IMG/VR virus record: IMGVR_UViG_3300030099_006646
Location: 1 to 64,000 of that record
Length of the DNA stretch: 64,000 nt
Source of the DNA: a virus
Reading direction: 5' to 3' (one strand)
In this document: positions 18,115-26,441 of the stretch, in pieces
Numbering within the stretch: the stretch's first letter is position 1
Layout: every line of letters begins with the position of its first letter
The notes under the pieces: generated by a model
Told to the model about the DNA's origin: nothing
The model's input: the letters and a program-made list of their open reading frames with translations, nothing else
Database searches by the model: none
Made by a program: the position numbers and the translations under genes

Positions 18115-18738
18115 ATGTTACACAATCCTTACAAAATAGTACAAATGTTTGAAGAAGAAATGGCGCACTACACAGGAGCGCCTTTTGCTGTTTCAATGAA
18201 CAGTTGCACAAATGCCTTATTCCTTGCTTGCAAGTGGATGGATGTAAAAGATAAAGAAGTTATTATTCCTAAAAGAACTTACCTGTCTCCTCCACAATCC
18301 ATCACGCAAGCAGGAGGTAAGTTAGTATTTGAAGACATTGAGTGGGAAGGAATCTACCAACTAAAGCCATTTCCAATCTATGATGCAGCCAAGCGCTTAA
18401 CCTCCAACATGTACATCCCAGGATCGTTTATGTGCCTAAGTTTTCATATCAAGAAACACCTTAAGATCGGCAAGGGTGGTATGATCCTGTGTGACGACGA
18501 AAAAGCCGTTAAATGGCTAAAAGCTAGACGCTATGAAGGTCGTACAGATGGACTTAAATATCATGAAGACATGATTGATGAAGAAGGGTGGAATATGTAC
18601 ATGACACCTGAACAAGCAGCACGAGGCTTAACTCTTATGCAGAACTATCCCGAGCACATGCCAGATATTCCAGAGAACCCACCTTACAGAGACTTGACAG
18701 AATTTGATTTATTTAAAAACATTGAGGTAAGGAAATAA
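18115..18738 (+). CDS. Shortened DegT/DnrJ-family PLP sugar aminotransferase
   Basis: FEEEMA.Y.G..AVSMNSCTNAL, DAA, SFHIKK (PLP Lys), GKGGMI, GWNMYM; only 207 aa. Confidence 0.85.
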   Translation: MLHNPYKIVQMFEEEMAHYTGAPFAVSMNSCTNALFLACKWMDVKDKEVIIPKRTYLSPPQSITQAGGKLVFEDIEWEGIYQLKPFPIYDAAKRLTSNMYIPGSFMCLSFHIKKHLKIGKGGMILCDDEKAVKWLKARRYEGRTDGLKYHEDMIDEEGWNMYMTPEQAARGLTLMQNYPEHMPDIPENPPYRDLTEFDLFKNIEVRK

Positions 18739-18744
18739 AATTTT

Positions 18745-19500
18745 ATGAGCAAGATAGCATTGGTAGTAAATACAATAAGCAGTAATAAAGACATATGGGA
18801 TATGTTTTTCGACCAGATTGATAGACACATCTCAGATTCTTTTTTTTCAAGCAAATATATTTTTGTAGATGATTCTGGCGATCCTCTACCAGATGGGTAT
18901 AAAGTTATCAACTATGATACAACAAAGAAGTATAGAGATCAATTTTTGAGCGGCATAAAACATGTTGAAGAAGAGTATTGCATTTATATATCTGAAGATT
19001 ATATTTTGTATGAGGATGTTAAAGAAGACATAATACTAGATTATCAAAAAATATTAGATACAGTCCCAAGTTTTTCTTTTATAAGGTTTTTGAAAGGTGG
19101 TATTGCAAACATACATTACCCCAACTTTTTATGCAGGAAAGACCTGTTTGAAATGCACAATTCAATTCCATATTTTTATACAAATCAAGCAGCCTTGTGG
19201 AGGACGAGAGATTTAGAAAAAATTCACCAACATGGTCCCAACCTACACATCGCAAATAAAGATTACGAGAACTCTTTTGAATGGCAAGCTACAAAAACCT
19301 GTCAAGAGTTAGATATAAGAGGTGCCTTTTGTTATCACGGAGAATCAAAAAGAGGAGAGTATCATTATGATTGTCATGTATTTCCTCATATAGCGACTGC
19401 TCTTGTAAAAGGAAAATGGAACTTAAAAGAGTATGCAGAAGAGTTATCCCCTCTTATAAAAAAATATTCTATAGATGTGAACGAGAGAGGTACTCATTAA
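18745..19500 (+). CDS. Putative GT-A glycosyltransferase-like protein
   Basis: DIWDMFF, YISEDY acidic motif, QAALW, WQ, KGKW; glycan cluster context. Confidence 0.5.
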   Translation: MSKIALVVNTISSNKDIWDMFFDQIDRHISDSFFSSKYIFVDDSGDPLPDGYKVINYDTTKKYRDQFLSGIKHVEEEYCIYISEDYILYEDVKEDIILDYQKILDTVPSFSFIRFLKGGIANIHYPNFLCRKDLFEMHNSIPYFYTNQAALWRTRDLEKIHQHGPNLHIANKDYENSFEWQATKTCQELDIRGAFCYHGESKRGEYHYDCHVFPHIATALVKGKWNLKEYAEELSPLIKKYSIDVNERGTH

Positions 19501-19515
19501 TACAGGAGACATAAT

Positions 19516-20724
19516 ATGAAATGTAGAGGATGCGGATCAGAAAATATAAATCTAGTATTAGATCTTGGAGAACAACCTTGGTGTAATGATTTTCTTACAG
19601 AGGATAAGATTGGTAAAGAAGATAAATATCCTTTGCGCTTGTGCTATTGTGAAGACTGTGAACTTTTACAACTTGACCATACTGTTCCAAAAGAAACAAT
19701 GTTTGCAGATCATCAGTATCTCTCTGGAATGACCACTACTTTAGTAAATCATTTTTATGAAGTGGCTGAAGAAAATGTCAATCAGTTTGACATGCAGGCT
19801 GACGATCTTGTAGTTGACATTGGAGGAAATGACGGTAGCCAACTTTTACAATATAAAAAGGCTGGTGTTAGCAACGTAATCAATGTAGAGTCTGCTAAGA
19901 GAGTATCTAGAATCTCTAGAGATGCTGGTGTAAAGACCATTAATGAATTCTTCAATGAAGATTGCGCCCGCCGCCACTTGGGAGAAAAATCAGTTAAGCT
20001 TTACAATGCTTCTGGTGTATTCTTCCACTTAGAAGAGTTGCACAGTGTTATTAAGGGTATTAAATACTCCCTTAGAGATGATGGAGTTTTAATCGTTCAG
20101 TTTATGTATGCTGGTGCAATGATTGAAAATGGAAACTTTGATACAATATACCACGAGCATCTATGTTATTATACTATTAGAAGTTTGAACAACCTTCTTA
20201 AACCATATGGAATGGAGATCTTTGATGCCTATGCCTCTGACATCCATAGCGGCTCTATTATAGCCAAGATTTGTCACGATAATAGCGACTTAAATGCAAA
20301 GACCGATAGGTTTTTAGCTTTGTTAGAGAAAGATAAAGAGTACACAATCCAGAGAACTTTAGAGTTTGCAGAAACCGTAAAACAAAACAGAAATGCACTA
20401 AGAGATCTTTTGGTTGATATTAAAAACAATAATGAAAGCGTCTATGTTTATGGAGCCCCAGCCAAAGGAAATACTTTATTAAATTATTTTGACATCGACA
20501 AGACGCTTGTGGATAAAGCAGTAGAAATCAATCCAATGAAAATTGGTCATTACTTACCTCAATCGCACATACCTATTTGTCAAGAAACAAAGGATGATAT
20601 ACCAGATTATTATCTTCTTTTATCTCATAATTTTGCAAAAGAAATTATAAATAAGAATCAAGACATTATTTCCCAAGGTGTCAAGTTTATCATCCCTTTT
20701 CCTAAGCTTGAGGTGATTGGTTGA
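19516..20724 (+). CDS. NDP-hexose 3-C-methyltransferase (Zn-binding)
   Basis: CRGC, LDLGEQP, YPL.LCYC..C.LLQL, DIGGNDG, FDTIYHEH..YY, HSGS, YGAPAKGNTLLNY, KFIIPFP. Confidence 0.93.
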   Translation: MKCRGCGSENINLVLDLGEQPWCNDFLTEDKIGKEDKYPLRLCYCEDCELLQLDHTVPKETMFADHQYLSGMTTTLVNHFYEVAEENVNQFDMQADDLVVDIGGNDGSQLLQYKKAGVSNVINVESAKRVSRISRDAGVKTINEFFNEDCARRHLGEKSVKLYNASGVFFHLEELHSVIKGIKYSLRDDGVLIVQFMYAGAMIENGNFDTIYHEHLCYYTIRSLNNLLKPYGMEIFDAYASDIHSGSIIAKICHDNSDLNAKTDRFLALLEKDKEYTIQRTLEFAETVKQNRNALRDLLVDIKNNNESVYVYGAPAKGNTLLNYFDIDKTLVDKAVEINPMKIGHYLPQSHIPICQETKDDIPDYYLLLSHNFAKEIINKNQDIISQGVKFIIPFPKLEVIG

Positions 20725-21632
20725 AGGTTTTAGTAACAGGAGCAACGGGTTTTCTTGGCAGACACCTAACACCAAAGCTAGATACGCTCGGATGGGACAT
20801 ATATTTTTCAAACACTAGAACAGCAAATCTTAATGATATTAATAACTTAAATCTTTTTAAAGACATTAAATTTGATTATATCTTTCACTTAGCGGCAGTG
20901 ACTAAAGCAGGAGATTATTGTTTAAAACACCCAGGCGACCAGTGGCTTAAAAACCAGATTATTAATACTAATATTCTAACCTACTGGGTTCAAAATCAAC
21001 CTCAAGCTAAGATGATTTGCATGGGTACAAGTTGTTCATATACACCAGATATATTTATGACCGAAGACAACTATCTTATTGGTGAACCAGATAAAGGTCT
21101 TTACACCTACGCCATGACCAAGAGAATGCTTCTTGTCGGGCTTCAATCTATTGAGAAAGAATATGGTTTGAAGTGGCTTTATTTTGTTCCTTCTACTTTA
21201 TATGGACCTGACTTTGAGCTAGACGATAATCATTTCATTTTTGATTTTATAAGAAACTGCTATAACGCAAAACATAATAATGAAGACTTTGTAATCTGGG
21301 GAACAGGAGAACAGAGAAGAGAGCTGATTTATGTAGAAGACGCTGTTGACGCTATGATAAATCTTTTAAATGAAGAGAATGAAGTTTTTAATCTAGGATC
21401 AGGAGTAGATAATTCTATAAATGAATTTGCAGAAAAAGTTTGTAAATGCTACAAGTATGATTATAATTTAGTGAAGCGTGATTTAACCAAGTACGTTGGA
21501 GTAAAAGAAAAGAAAATTGACACTACTAAAGTTGTAAAACATTTAGGAGATAAAGTTTTCTTAAAAACTTCCCTTGACAAAGGGCTTCAAAAAAGTGTAG
21601 AGTACTTTATAAAAGCAATGGAGACAAAATGA
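20721..21632 (+). CDS. GDP-L-fucose synthase-like NDP-sugar epimerase/4-reductase
   Basis: VTGATGFLG, HLAA, GTSCSY, YAMTK (YxxxK), LYGP, WGTG..RRE.IYVED. Confidence 0.85.
   Translation: MKVLVTGATGFLGRHLTPKLDTLGWDIYFSNTRTANLNDINNLNLFKDIKFDYIFHLAAVTKAGDYCLKHPGDQWLKNQIINTNILTYWVQNQPQAKMICMGTSCSYTPDIFMTEDNYLIGEPDKGLYTYAMTKRMLLVGLQSIEKEYGLKWLYFVPSTLYGPDFELDDNHFIFDFIRNCYNAKHNNEDFVIWGTGEQRRELIYVEDAVDAMINLLNEENEVFNLGSGVDNSINEFAEKVCKCYKYDYNLVKRDLTKYVGVKEKKIDTTKVVKHLGDKVFLKTSLDKGLQKSVEYFIKAMETK
21574..21603 (+). promoter_or_regulatory. Possible sigma70-type promoter
   Basis: TTGACA-18 nt-TAGAGT, ~25 nt before ATG 21629. Confidence 0.45.
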
Positions 21633-22030
21633 CTGATAGAAAATACTTACCAACCTTATCAGAGCTAATCGACCGCTTGTCGATCGTCCAGCTCAAAGAG
21701 GTGTTTATACCAGAACATAAAGAAGAATATTCACAGGAAATAAAAGATATTGTTCATGACATACAACTTTGTTTGAACGAAGGGAGTGAGATTACTGCTG
21801 AGACAATCCGAGCAATTGTTGTCTTGTCGCAAATGAACTTACATATTTGGCATAACGAATCTAACTATCGAAAAGGCATCAAGGATGGAAACAATCTTGA
21901 GCTTACTCACGGCATCAACGGAATTAGAAACACTGCTAAAAACAAGATTCAAGAGATTGTCGGAGGCAGAAAAGACTATAAGATTGACTGTCTAGCTGCT
22001 GAATTTAAAGACTGGGAAGTTAGTTGGTAA
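21629..22030 (+). CDS. Helical hypothetical protein (DUF6165-like)
   Basis: TLSELIDRLSIVQLK, N..IW..E...R, N..R...K..I pattern; GGAG RBS. Confidence 0.6.
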   Translation: MTDRKYLPTLSELIDRLSIVQLKEVFIPEHKEEYSQEIKDIVHDIQLCLNEGSEITAETIRAIVVLSQMNLHIWHNESNYRKGIKDGNNLELTHGINGIRNTAKNKIQEIVGGRKDYKIDCLAAEFKDWEVSW

Positions 22031-22773
22031 TGAAGGTGTTGATTGTAGGTGATGCATGTGAAGATGTGTATATCTATGGAGATTGCAATCGCCTTGCCCC
22101 TGAAGCTCCTGTGCCGGTCTTTGTTCCGCAAACTAATACATCTAATGGTGGCATGGCTTTGAACGTCTTTGCTAACCTTAAATCTCTTGGGTATGACTGC
22201 GATATACTTCACAATACTGAAGAGATTACAAAAACTAGATATGTTGATAAAAAAACTAATCATATTTTTTTACGTGTAGATACTGATGACAAAGAGCTTA
22301 ATCGCATCCAAGACGACAATCTTAATAAAGATTTTCTCAATCAGTATGATGCTATTGTTATATCAGATTATAACAAAGGTTTTCTTTCGGAAGAGGATAT
22401 AGAAAAAATTTGTTACAACCATCCTTTAACATTCATGGATACAAAAAAGAATCTTGGACGTTGGTCTAAAGATTGCACTTGGATTAAAATAAACGAAGAA
22501 GAATATCAAAAAACCTTTAATGAAATCAAACATTTAACTCATATTTTTGATGAGAAACTTATTGTCACTTTGAGTGAAAAAGGTTGTCGGTATAAGGGAG
22601 AAATATTCCCAGTAGACAAGGTAGAAATTAAAGATCTTAGTGGAGCAGGTGACACTTTTCTCGCAGGTCTTGTATGCAACTACTTAAACACTAATGACAT
22701 TAAGAAGGCGATAACTTTCGCCAATGAATGCGCTACCAAAGTAGTGCAAAGGAGAGGAGTAAATGTCGTTTAA
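22030..22773 (+). CDS. PfkB-family sugar kinase, RfaE domain I/HldA-like
   Basis: IVGD...D.Y.YG...RLAPEAPVPV, GGMALNV, KTRY, ISDYNKG, VTL..KG, DLSGAGDTF. Confidence 0.88.
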   Translation: MKVLIVGDACEDVYIYGDCNRLAPEAPVPVFVPQTNTSNGGMALNVFANLKSLGYDCDILHNTEEITKTRYVDKKTNHIFLRVDTDDKELNRIQDDNLNKDFLNQYDAIVISDYNKGFLSEEDIEKICYNHPLTFMDTKKNLGRWSKDCTWIKINEEEYQKTFNEIKHLTHIFDEKLIVTLSEKGCRYKGEIFPVDKVEIKDLSGAGDTFLAGLVCNYLNTNDIKKAITFANECATKVVQRRGVNVV

Positions 22774-23053
22774 AGAATATTATGAACACTATCTAACACT
22801 ACATCAAAACAAATGGAATCGAAGGTTGCACGTCCTTGGAAACACCGCTACCACTACATTCGTAACTCTTTGCGTTTTACATTCGCTTTGGTTTATGCTA
22901 TTATTAACGCCATTCATAGTTTATCCTTTTGCTTGGAGCGGGCACTTCTTCTTTGAGAAAAACAAGCCTGCTGCTTTTTCTAATCCTTTATGGGCTAAAG
23001 CAAGCGACTGGGTAATGCTAAAAGATATTCTAACAGGAAAAATAAGGTGGTAA
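22763..23053 (+). CDS. DUF962/Mpo1-like membrane protein
   Basis: YL..H.N..NRRLH..G, FAW.GHFFFEKNKPA.F..P. Confidence 0.85.
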   Translation: MSFKEYYEHYLTLHQNKWNRRLHVLGNTATTTFVTLCVLHSLWFMLLLTPFIVYPFAWSGHFFFEKNKPAAFSNPLWAKASDWVMLKDILTGKIRW

Positions 23054-23056
23054 CAA

Positions 23057-23986
23057 ATGGCTAATGTATTAATCACAGGCGGAGCAGGTTATATTGGAAG
23101 CGAGTTGGTTCAATTCCTATTGCCTGATCATAAAGTTACAGTTTTAGATAATCTTATGTATGACAGAGATTCTCTTTTAAGATACGTTTCAAATGAAAAC
23201 TTTGATTTTATCAGAGGAGATGTAAGAGACACAAAACTTTTTAAAAGTCTTTTGGATAAATCAGATATTATTATCCCTTTAGCTGCTCTTGTTGGGTTTC
23301 CTTTATGTGATAGAAGCCCTAGAGAAGCAGTTGAAATTAATTTTCAAGCCAACAACTGGCTTTCTAAAGCTAAGTCCAAAGATCAGATTGTTATTTATCC
23401 TTGCACAAATTCTGGTTACGGCAAAAGCGTAGATGGTTCCGTAGTCACTGAAAAATCGCCACTTAATCCCGTATCTTTATACGGCAAAACCAAGGTGGAT
23501 GCAGAGACTATTTTTAAAGAAACTGAAAACTGCGCTACTTTTCGTTTAGCTACAGTATGTGGACCATCCAGCAGAATGAGGACTGATCTTCTCGTAAATA
23601 ATTTTGTCCTTCGAGCACTTCGAGATAGAGTTTTAGTTCTTTACGAATGTGAATTTATGAGAAACTATGTTCACATTCATGATGTCTGCCGCTCGTTTAA
23701 GTTTTTGATTGACAACTGGAATGATTGTAAAAACGATACTTACAACCTCGGACACGATGCTATGAATATGAACAAGCTTCAACTAGCAGAAAAGATTGGC
23801 GAACATACTCCGCTTGAAATTATCAAGGCAGAGTTCACAAAAGATCCAGATGTAAGAGATTATATTGTGAGCAGTCAAAAGATCTACGACAAAGGATTCG
23901 AATGCTTGTATGATCTCGACACAAGCATTCAGCAACTTTTGAAGGCTTATAAGATTATTGACTCTCCTTGGTACGCGAACTACTAG
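23057..23986 (+). CDS. NAD-dependent NDP-sugar epimerase/dehydratase (extended SDR)
   Basis: ITGGAGYIGS, LAALVG.P.C, YGKTK, RLATV.G.S.RMR.DLLVN, RNYVHI.D. Confidence 0.9.
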   Translation: MANVLITGGAGYIGSELVQFLLPDHKVTVLDNLMYDRDSLLRYVSNENFDFIRGDVRDTKLFKSLLDKSDIIIPLAALVGFPLCDRSPREAVEINFQANNWLSKAKSKDQIVIYPCTNSGYGKSVDGSVVTEKSPLNPVSLYGKTKVDAETIFKETENCATFRLATVCGPSSRMRTDLLVNNFVLRALRDRVLVLYECEFMRNYVHIHDVCRSFKFLIDNWNDCKNDTYNLGHDAMNMNKLQLAEKIGEHTPLEIIKAEFTKDPDVRDYIVSSQKIYDKGFECLYDLDTSIQQLLKAYKIIDSPWYANY

Positions 23987-24391
23987 ATGAAAGTTATTTG
24001 GACTAATGGCTGTTTCGATATTCTTCATCGAGGACACGTAGAACTTTTTAAGTTTTGTAAATCACAAGGCGACTATCTTGTTGTTGGTATAGATACAGAC
24101 AGCCGCGTAAAAGAAAGTAAAGGACCCAGCCGTCCTTTCAACAGTCAAGAAGATCGTAAGTTTTTTCTTGAGGCAATCAAGTACATTGATAAGGTTGTGT
24201 TATTTTCAACCGACAACGAGCTAGGACAAAGGCTCGTTGAAAACAATGTAGACACAATGATTGTTGGTTCTGATTGGGAAGGCAAGATGGTCGTAGGGCA
24301 GGAAAAAGTTAACAAAGTTTTATTTTTTGATAGAATAGGAACATACTCTACCACAAACATTCTGGAGGCAAACAATGACGTATGTAGTTGA
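23987..24391 (+). CDS. Nucleotidyltransferase, RfaE domain II/HldC-TagD family
   Basis: TNGCFDILHRGH (HxGH), LVVGID.D, KG.SRP, GSDW, YSTT. Confidence 0.9.
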   Translation: MKVIWTNGCFDILHRGHVELFKFCKSQGDYLVVGIDTDSRVKESKGPSRPFNSQEDRKFFLEAIKYIDKVVLFSTDNELGQRLVENNVDTMIVGSDWEGKMVVGQEKVNKVLFFDRIGTYSTTNILEANNDVCS

Positions 24392-24704
24392 CATTGATGG
24401 AACAATTTGTGAAAAGGTCTCTGGTAACGACTACACACAAGCACAGCCACTACACAATCGTATAAAGGTTATTAACCAGCTTTACGATGATGGTTGCGAG
24501 ATTATTTATTTTACTGCGAGAGGAATGGGTCGTCACAACAATGATGCTGAAAAAGCCATTGCTCAGTTTTATGACTTAACCGAAAAACAACTTGCCTCTT
24601 GGGGAGCTAAGTATCACAAGCTTATACTTGGTAAGCCTGCTGGAGATTTTTACATTGACGATAAAGGAATAAGTGCTCATGTCTACTTTGAATCAGGGTC
24701 TTGA
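24375..24704 (+). CDS. Small HAD phosphatase (capsule-biosynthesis EcbF/BcbF type)
   Basis: VVDIDGTIC, YFTARG, GKP..DFYIDDK. Confidence 0.85.
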   Translation: MTYVVDIDGTICEKVSGNDYTQAQPLHNRIKVINQLYDDGCEIIYFTARGMGRHNNDAEKAIAQFYDLTEKQLASWGAKYHKLILGKPAGDFYIDDKGISAHVYFESGS

Positions 24705-24705
24705 A

Positions 24706-25047
24706 ATGAAGTTCGTCAAGAAGGGCTGGGGTTACGAGAAATGGATAGTAAACAAGTCCGAATACTGCGGAAAGCTTCTTTTCTTTATGAAAGGTAAAAG
24801 ATGCTCTTGGCATTACCACGAACTTAAAGACGAAGTTTTTTATTTACAATCAGGAAAGATGTTGGTCAAATTTTCTGACAAAGACAACATCGCCCTGGCT
24901 GAAGAACTTGTTTTGAATCCTGGAGATAACTTTCATGTATGGCGCGGACTCCGACATCAAATGATCGCCCTTAAAGATTCAGAGCTTTTTGAGTTTTCGA
25001 CTGAGCACTTTGACTCTGATTCACACAGGATTTTAAAAGGAGATTAA
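24706..25047 (+). CDS. Cupin, putative sugar(-phosphate) isomerase
   Basis: VKKGWGYE, CSWHYHELKDE.FY, L.PGD..H....H, EFST. Confidence 0.8.
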   Translation: MKFVKKGWGYEKWIVNKSEYCGKLLFFMKGKRCSWHYHELKDEVFYLQSGKMLVKFSDKDNIALAEELVLNPGDNFHVWRGLRHQMIALKDSELFEFSTEHFDSDSHRILKGD

Positions 25048-25998
25048 ATGAAACTTGTTGTTATTACTGGATGTCTAGGTTTAATTGGCTCATATGTCAC
25101 AAGAAAATGCCTCTCTAAGGGTTGGAAGGTCTATGGGATAGACAACCTTACCTATGCGGCAAACAAATCGTTTCTAGACGATTTTAGAAGGGATTCTAAC
25201 TTTACCTTTCTGGAAGAAGATATCGCTCAACTTAAATCTTTACCAGATTGTGATTATGTTATTAATATTGCTGCTGAATCTCACGTAGGTAATAGTATCA
25301 TTGATAGTAGCGATTTTATTGAAACAAACGTGAATGGAGTAAAAAACCTGCTAGACCTTATTCGCCGAAAACCAGACAACACTATGAAGCGCCCTGTTTT
25401 CTTTCATTTTAGCACTGATGAAGTCTACGGAGACATCGCAGAGGGCGAACACGTAGAGACAGACCCTCTTATCCCAAGTAACCCTTATTCAGCCTCTAAG
25501 GCATCATCAGATATGCTTATCTTGGCTTGGGCAAGGACTTACGGTGTAAAGTATGTTATTGTTCGTCCAACAAACAACTATGGTGAAGGACAATACCCAG
25601 AAAAACTTATTCCTTTATGTGTGAAACTCCTCCAGCGAGGAAAAAAGATCATGCTTCACGACGAAGGCGAACCAATCCGCAACTGGCTTCACGCAGAAGA
25701 TACAGCAGAAGCAGTTACAACTATTATAGAATCTGGCAAAGTAGATGAAATCTTTAACATTCCAGGCGATTTTGAACAAAAAAACTGGTTAACTGTTAAA
25801 AAAATCATTGAAGCGTACTATAATAGTGAGGTAAACTGGAAAGATTACGTGGACTTAAGCCACAAAAGACCTGGACAAGATGTTAGATATGCTCTTAACG
25901 GAGACAAACTAGAAGCACTTGGATGGAAACCTACAAAGGTTTTCGACGAAGAGATTGTAAAGCTTGTTCAGTTTTACAAAGAAAATTTCAAATGGTAA
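25048..25998 (+). CDS. rmlB: dTDP-glucose 4,6-dehydratase
   Basis: AAESHV.NSI, STDEVYG, PYSASKA, NNYG..QYPEKLIP, RNWLH, RPGQD.RYAL. Confidence 0.92.
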   Translation: MKLVVITGCLGLIGSYVTRKCLSKGWKVYGIDNLTYAANKSFLDDFRRDSNFTFLEEDIAQLKSLPDCDYVINIAAESHVGNSIIDSSDFIETNVNGVKNLLDLIRRKPDNTMKRPVFFHFSTDEVYGDIAEGEHVETDPLIPSNPYSASKASSDMLILAWARTYGVKYVIVRPTNNYGEGQYPEKLIPLCVKLLQRGKKIMLHDEGEPIRNWLHAEDTAEAVTTIIESGKVDEIFNIPGDFEQKNWLTVKKIIEAYYNSEVNWKDYVDLSHKRPGQDVRYALNGDKLEALGWKPTKVFDEEIVKLVQFYKENFKW

Positions 25999-26008
25999 GG
26001 AGAAAAAC

Positions 26009-26185
26009 ATGAAACTTTCAAATCAAGGAATGGGCACATTAATGATGTGTTTGCAAAAATCTCTCATGGAGCAAAGCGATATTGTGCCGATTTTGCAAGA
26101 GCTAGACTTTAAAGTTGAAGATGGAGAGATTATTTGCACCAACCCTCCCAAAGTTGAGTTAAACGCGACAGAATCTGATGCCTAA
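26009..26185 (+). CDS. Small hypothetical protein
   Basis: AAGGAG RBS before ATG 26009 (MKLSNQ...NPP). Confidence 0.7.
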   Translation: MKLSNQGMGTLMMCLQKSLMEQSDIVPILQELDFKVEDGEIICTNPPKVELNATESDA

Positions 26186-26441
26186 ATACTTCTACAAATG
26201 CCTAAGCGAAGACTGCAAGCAAATCATCGAAGTTGTGCATTCAATGAAAGAAAAGCTTGATATTTGCTTGTATTGCTCGGGAAGTGTAGAGAGAGTACCT
26301 ATGAATACAGTCAGCGTGTTTAAAAATACTGACAAAGATAAAAAACAAAAGACAGGCTCAATTGTCAAAAAGAGTATTGAAGATTTTAGACAAGATCTAA
26401 AAGATGAAAAGAAAAGATTAAGAGAGATAGAATATAAATGA
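26178..26441 (+). CDS. FmdB-family zinc-ribbon protein
   Basis: MPKYFYKC...C..E..HSM......C..C. Confidence 0.8.
   Translation: MPKYFYKCLSEDCKQIIEVVHSMKEKLDICLYCSGSVERVPMNTVSVFKNTDKDKKQKTGSIVKKSIEDFRQDLKDEKKRLREIEYK

Noticed and set aside
23984-23989. In-frame stop-start junctions (TAG-ATG here; TAA-ATG at 25045 and 51943) suggesting stop-codon recoding
   Set aside because: All three stops end complete domains and multi-kb ORFs are intact in code 11; simple translational coupling explains them. At 47428 a double stop blocks read-through
5951-25998. Bacterial O-antigen/capsule locus or contaminating host DNA
   Set aside because: No export or polymerase genes; contiguous and co-oriented with phage nuclease, sigma factor and baseplate genes
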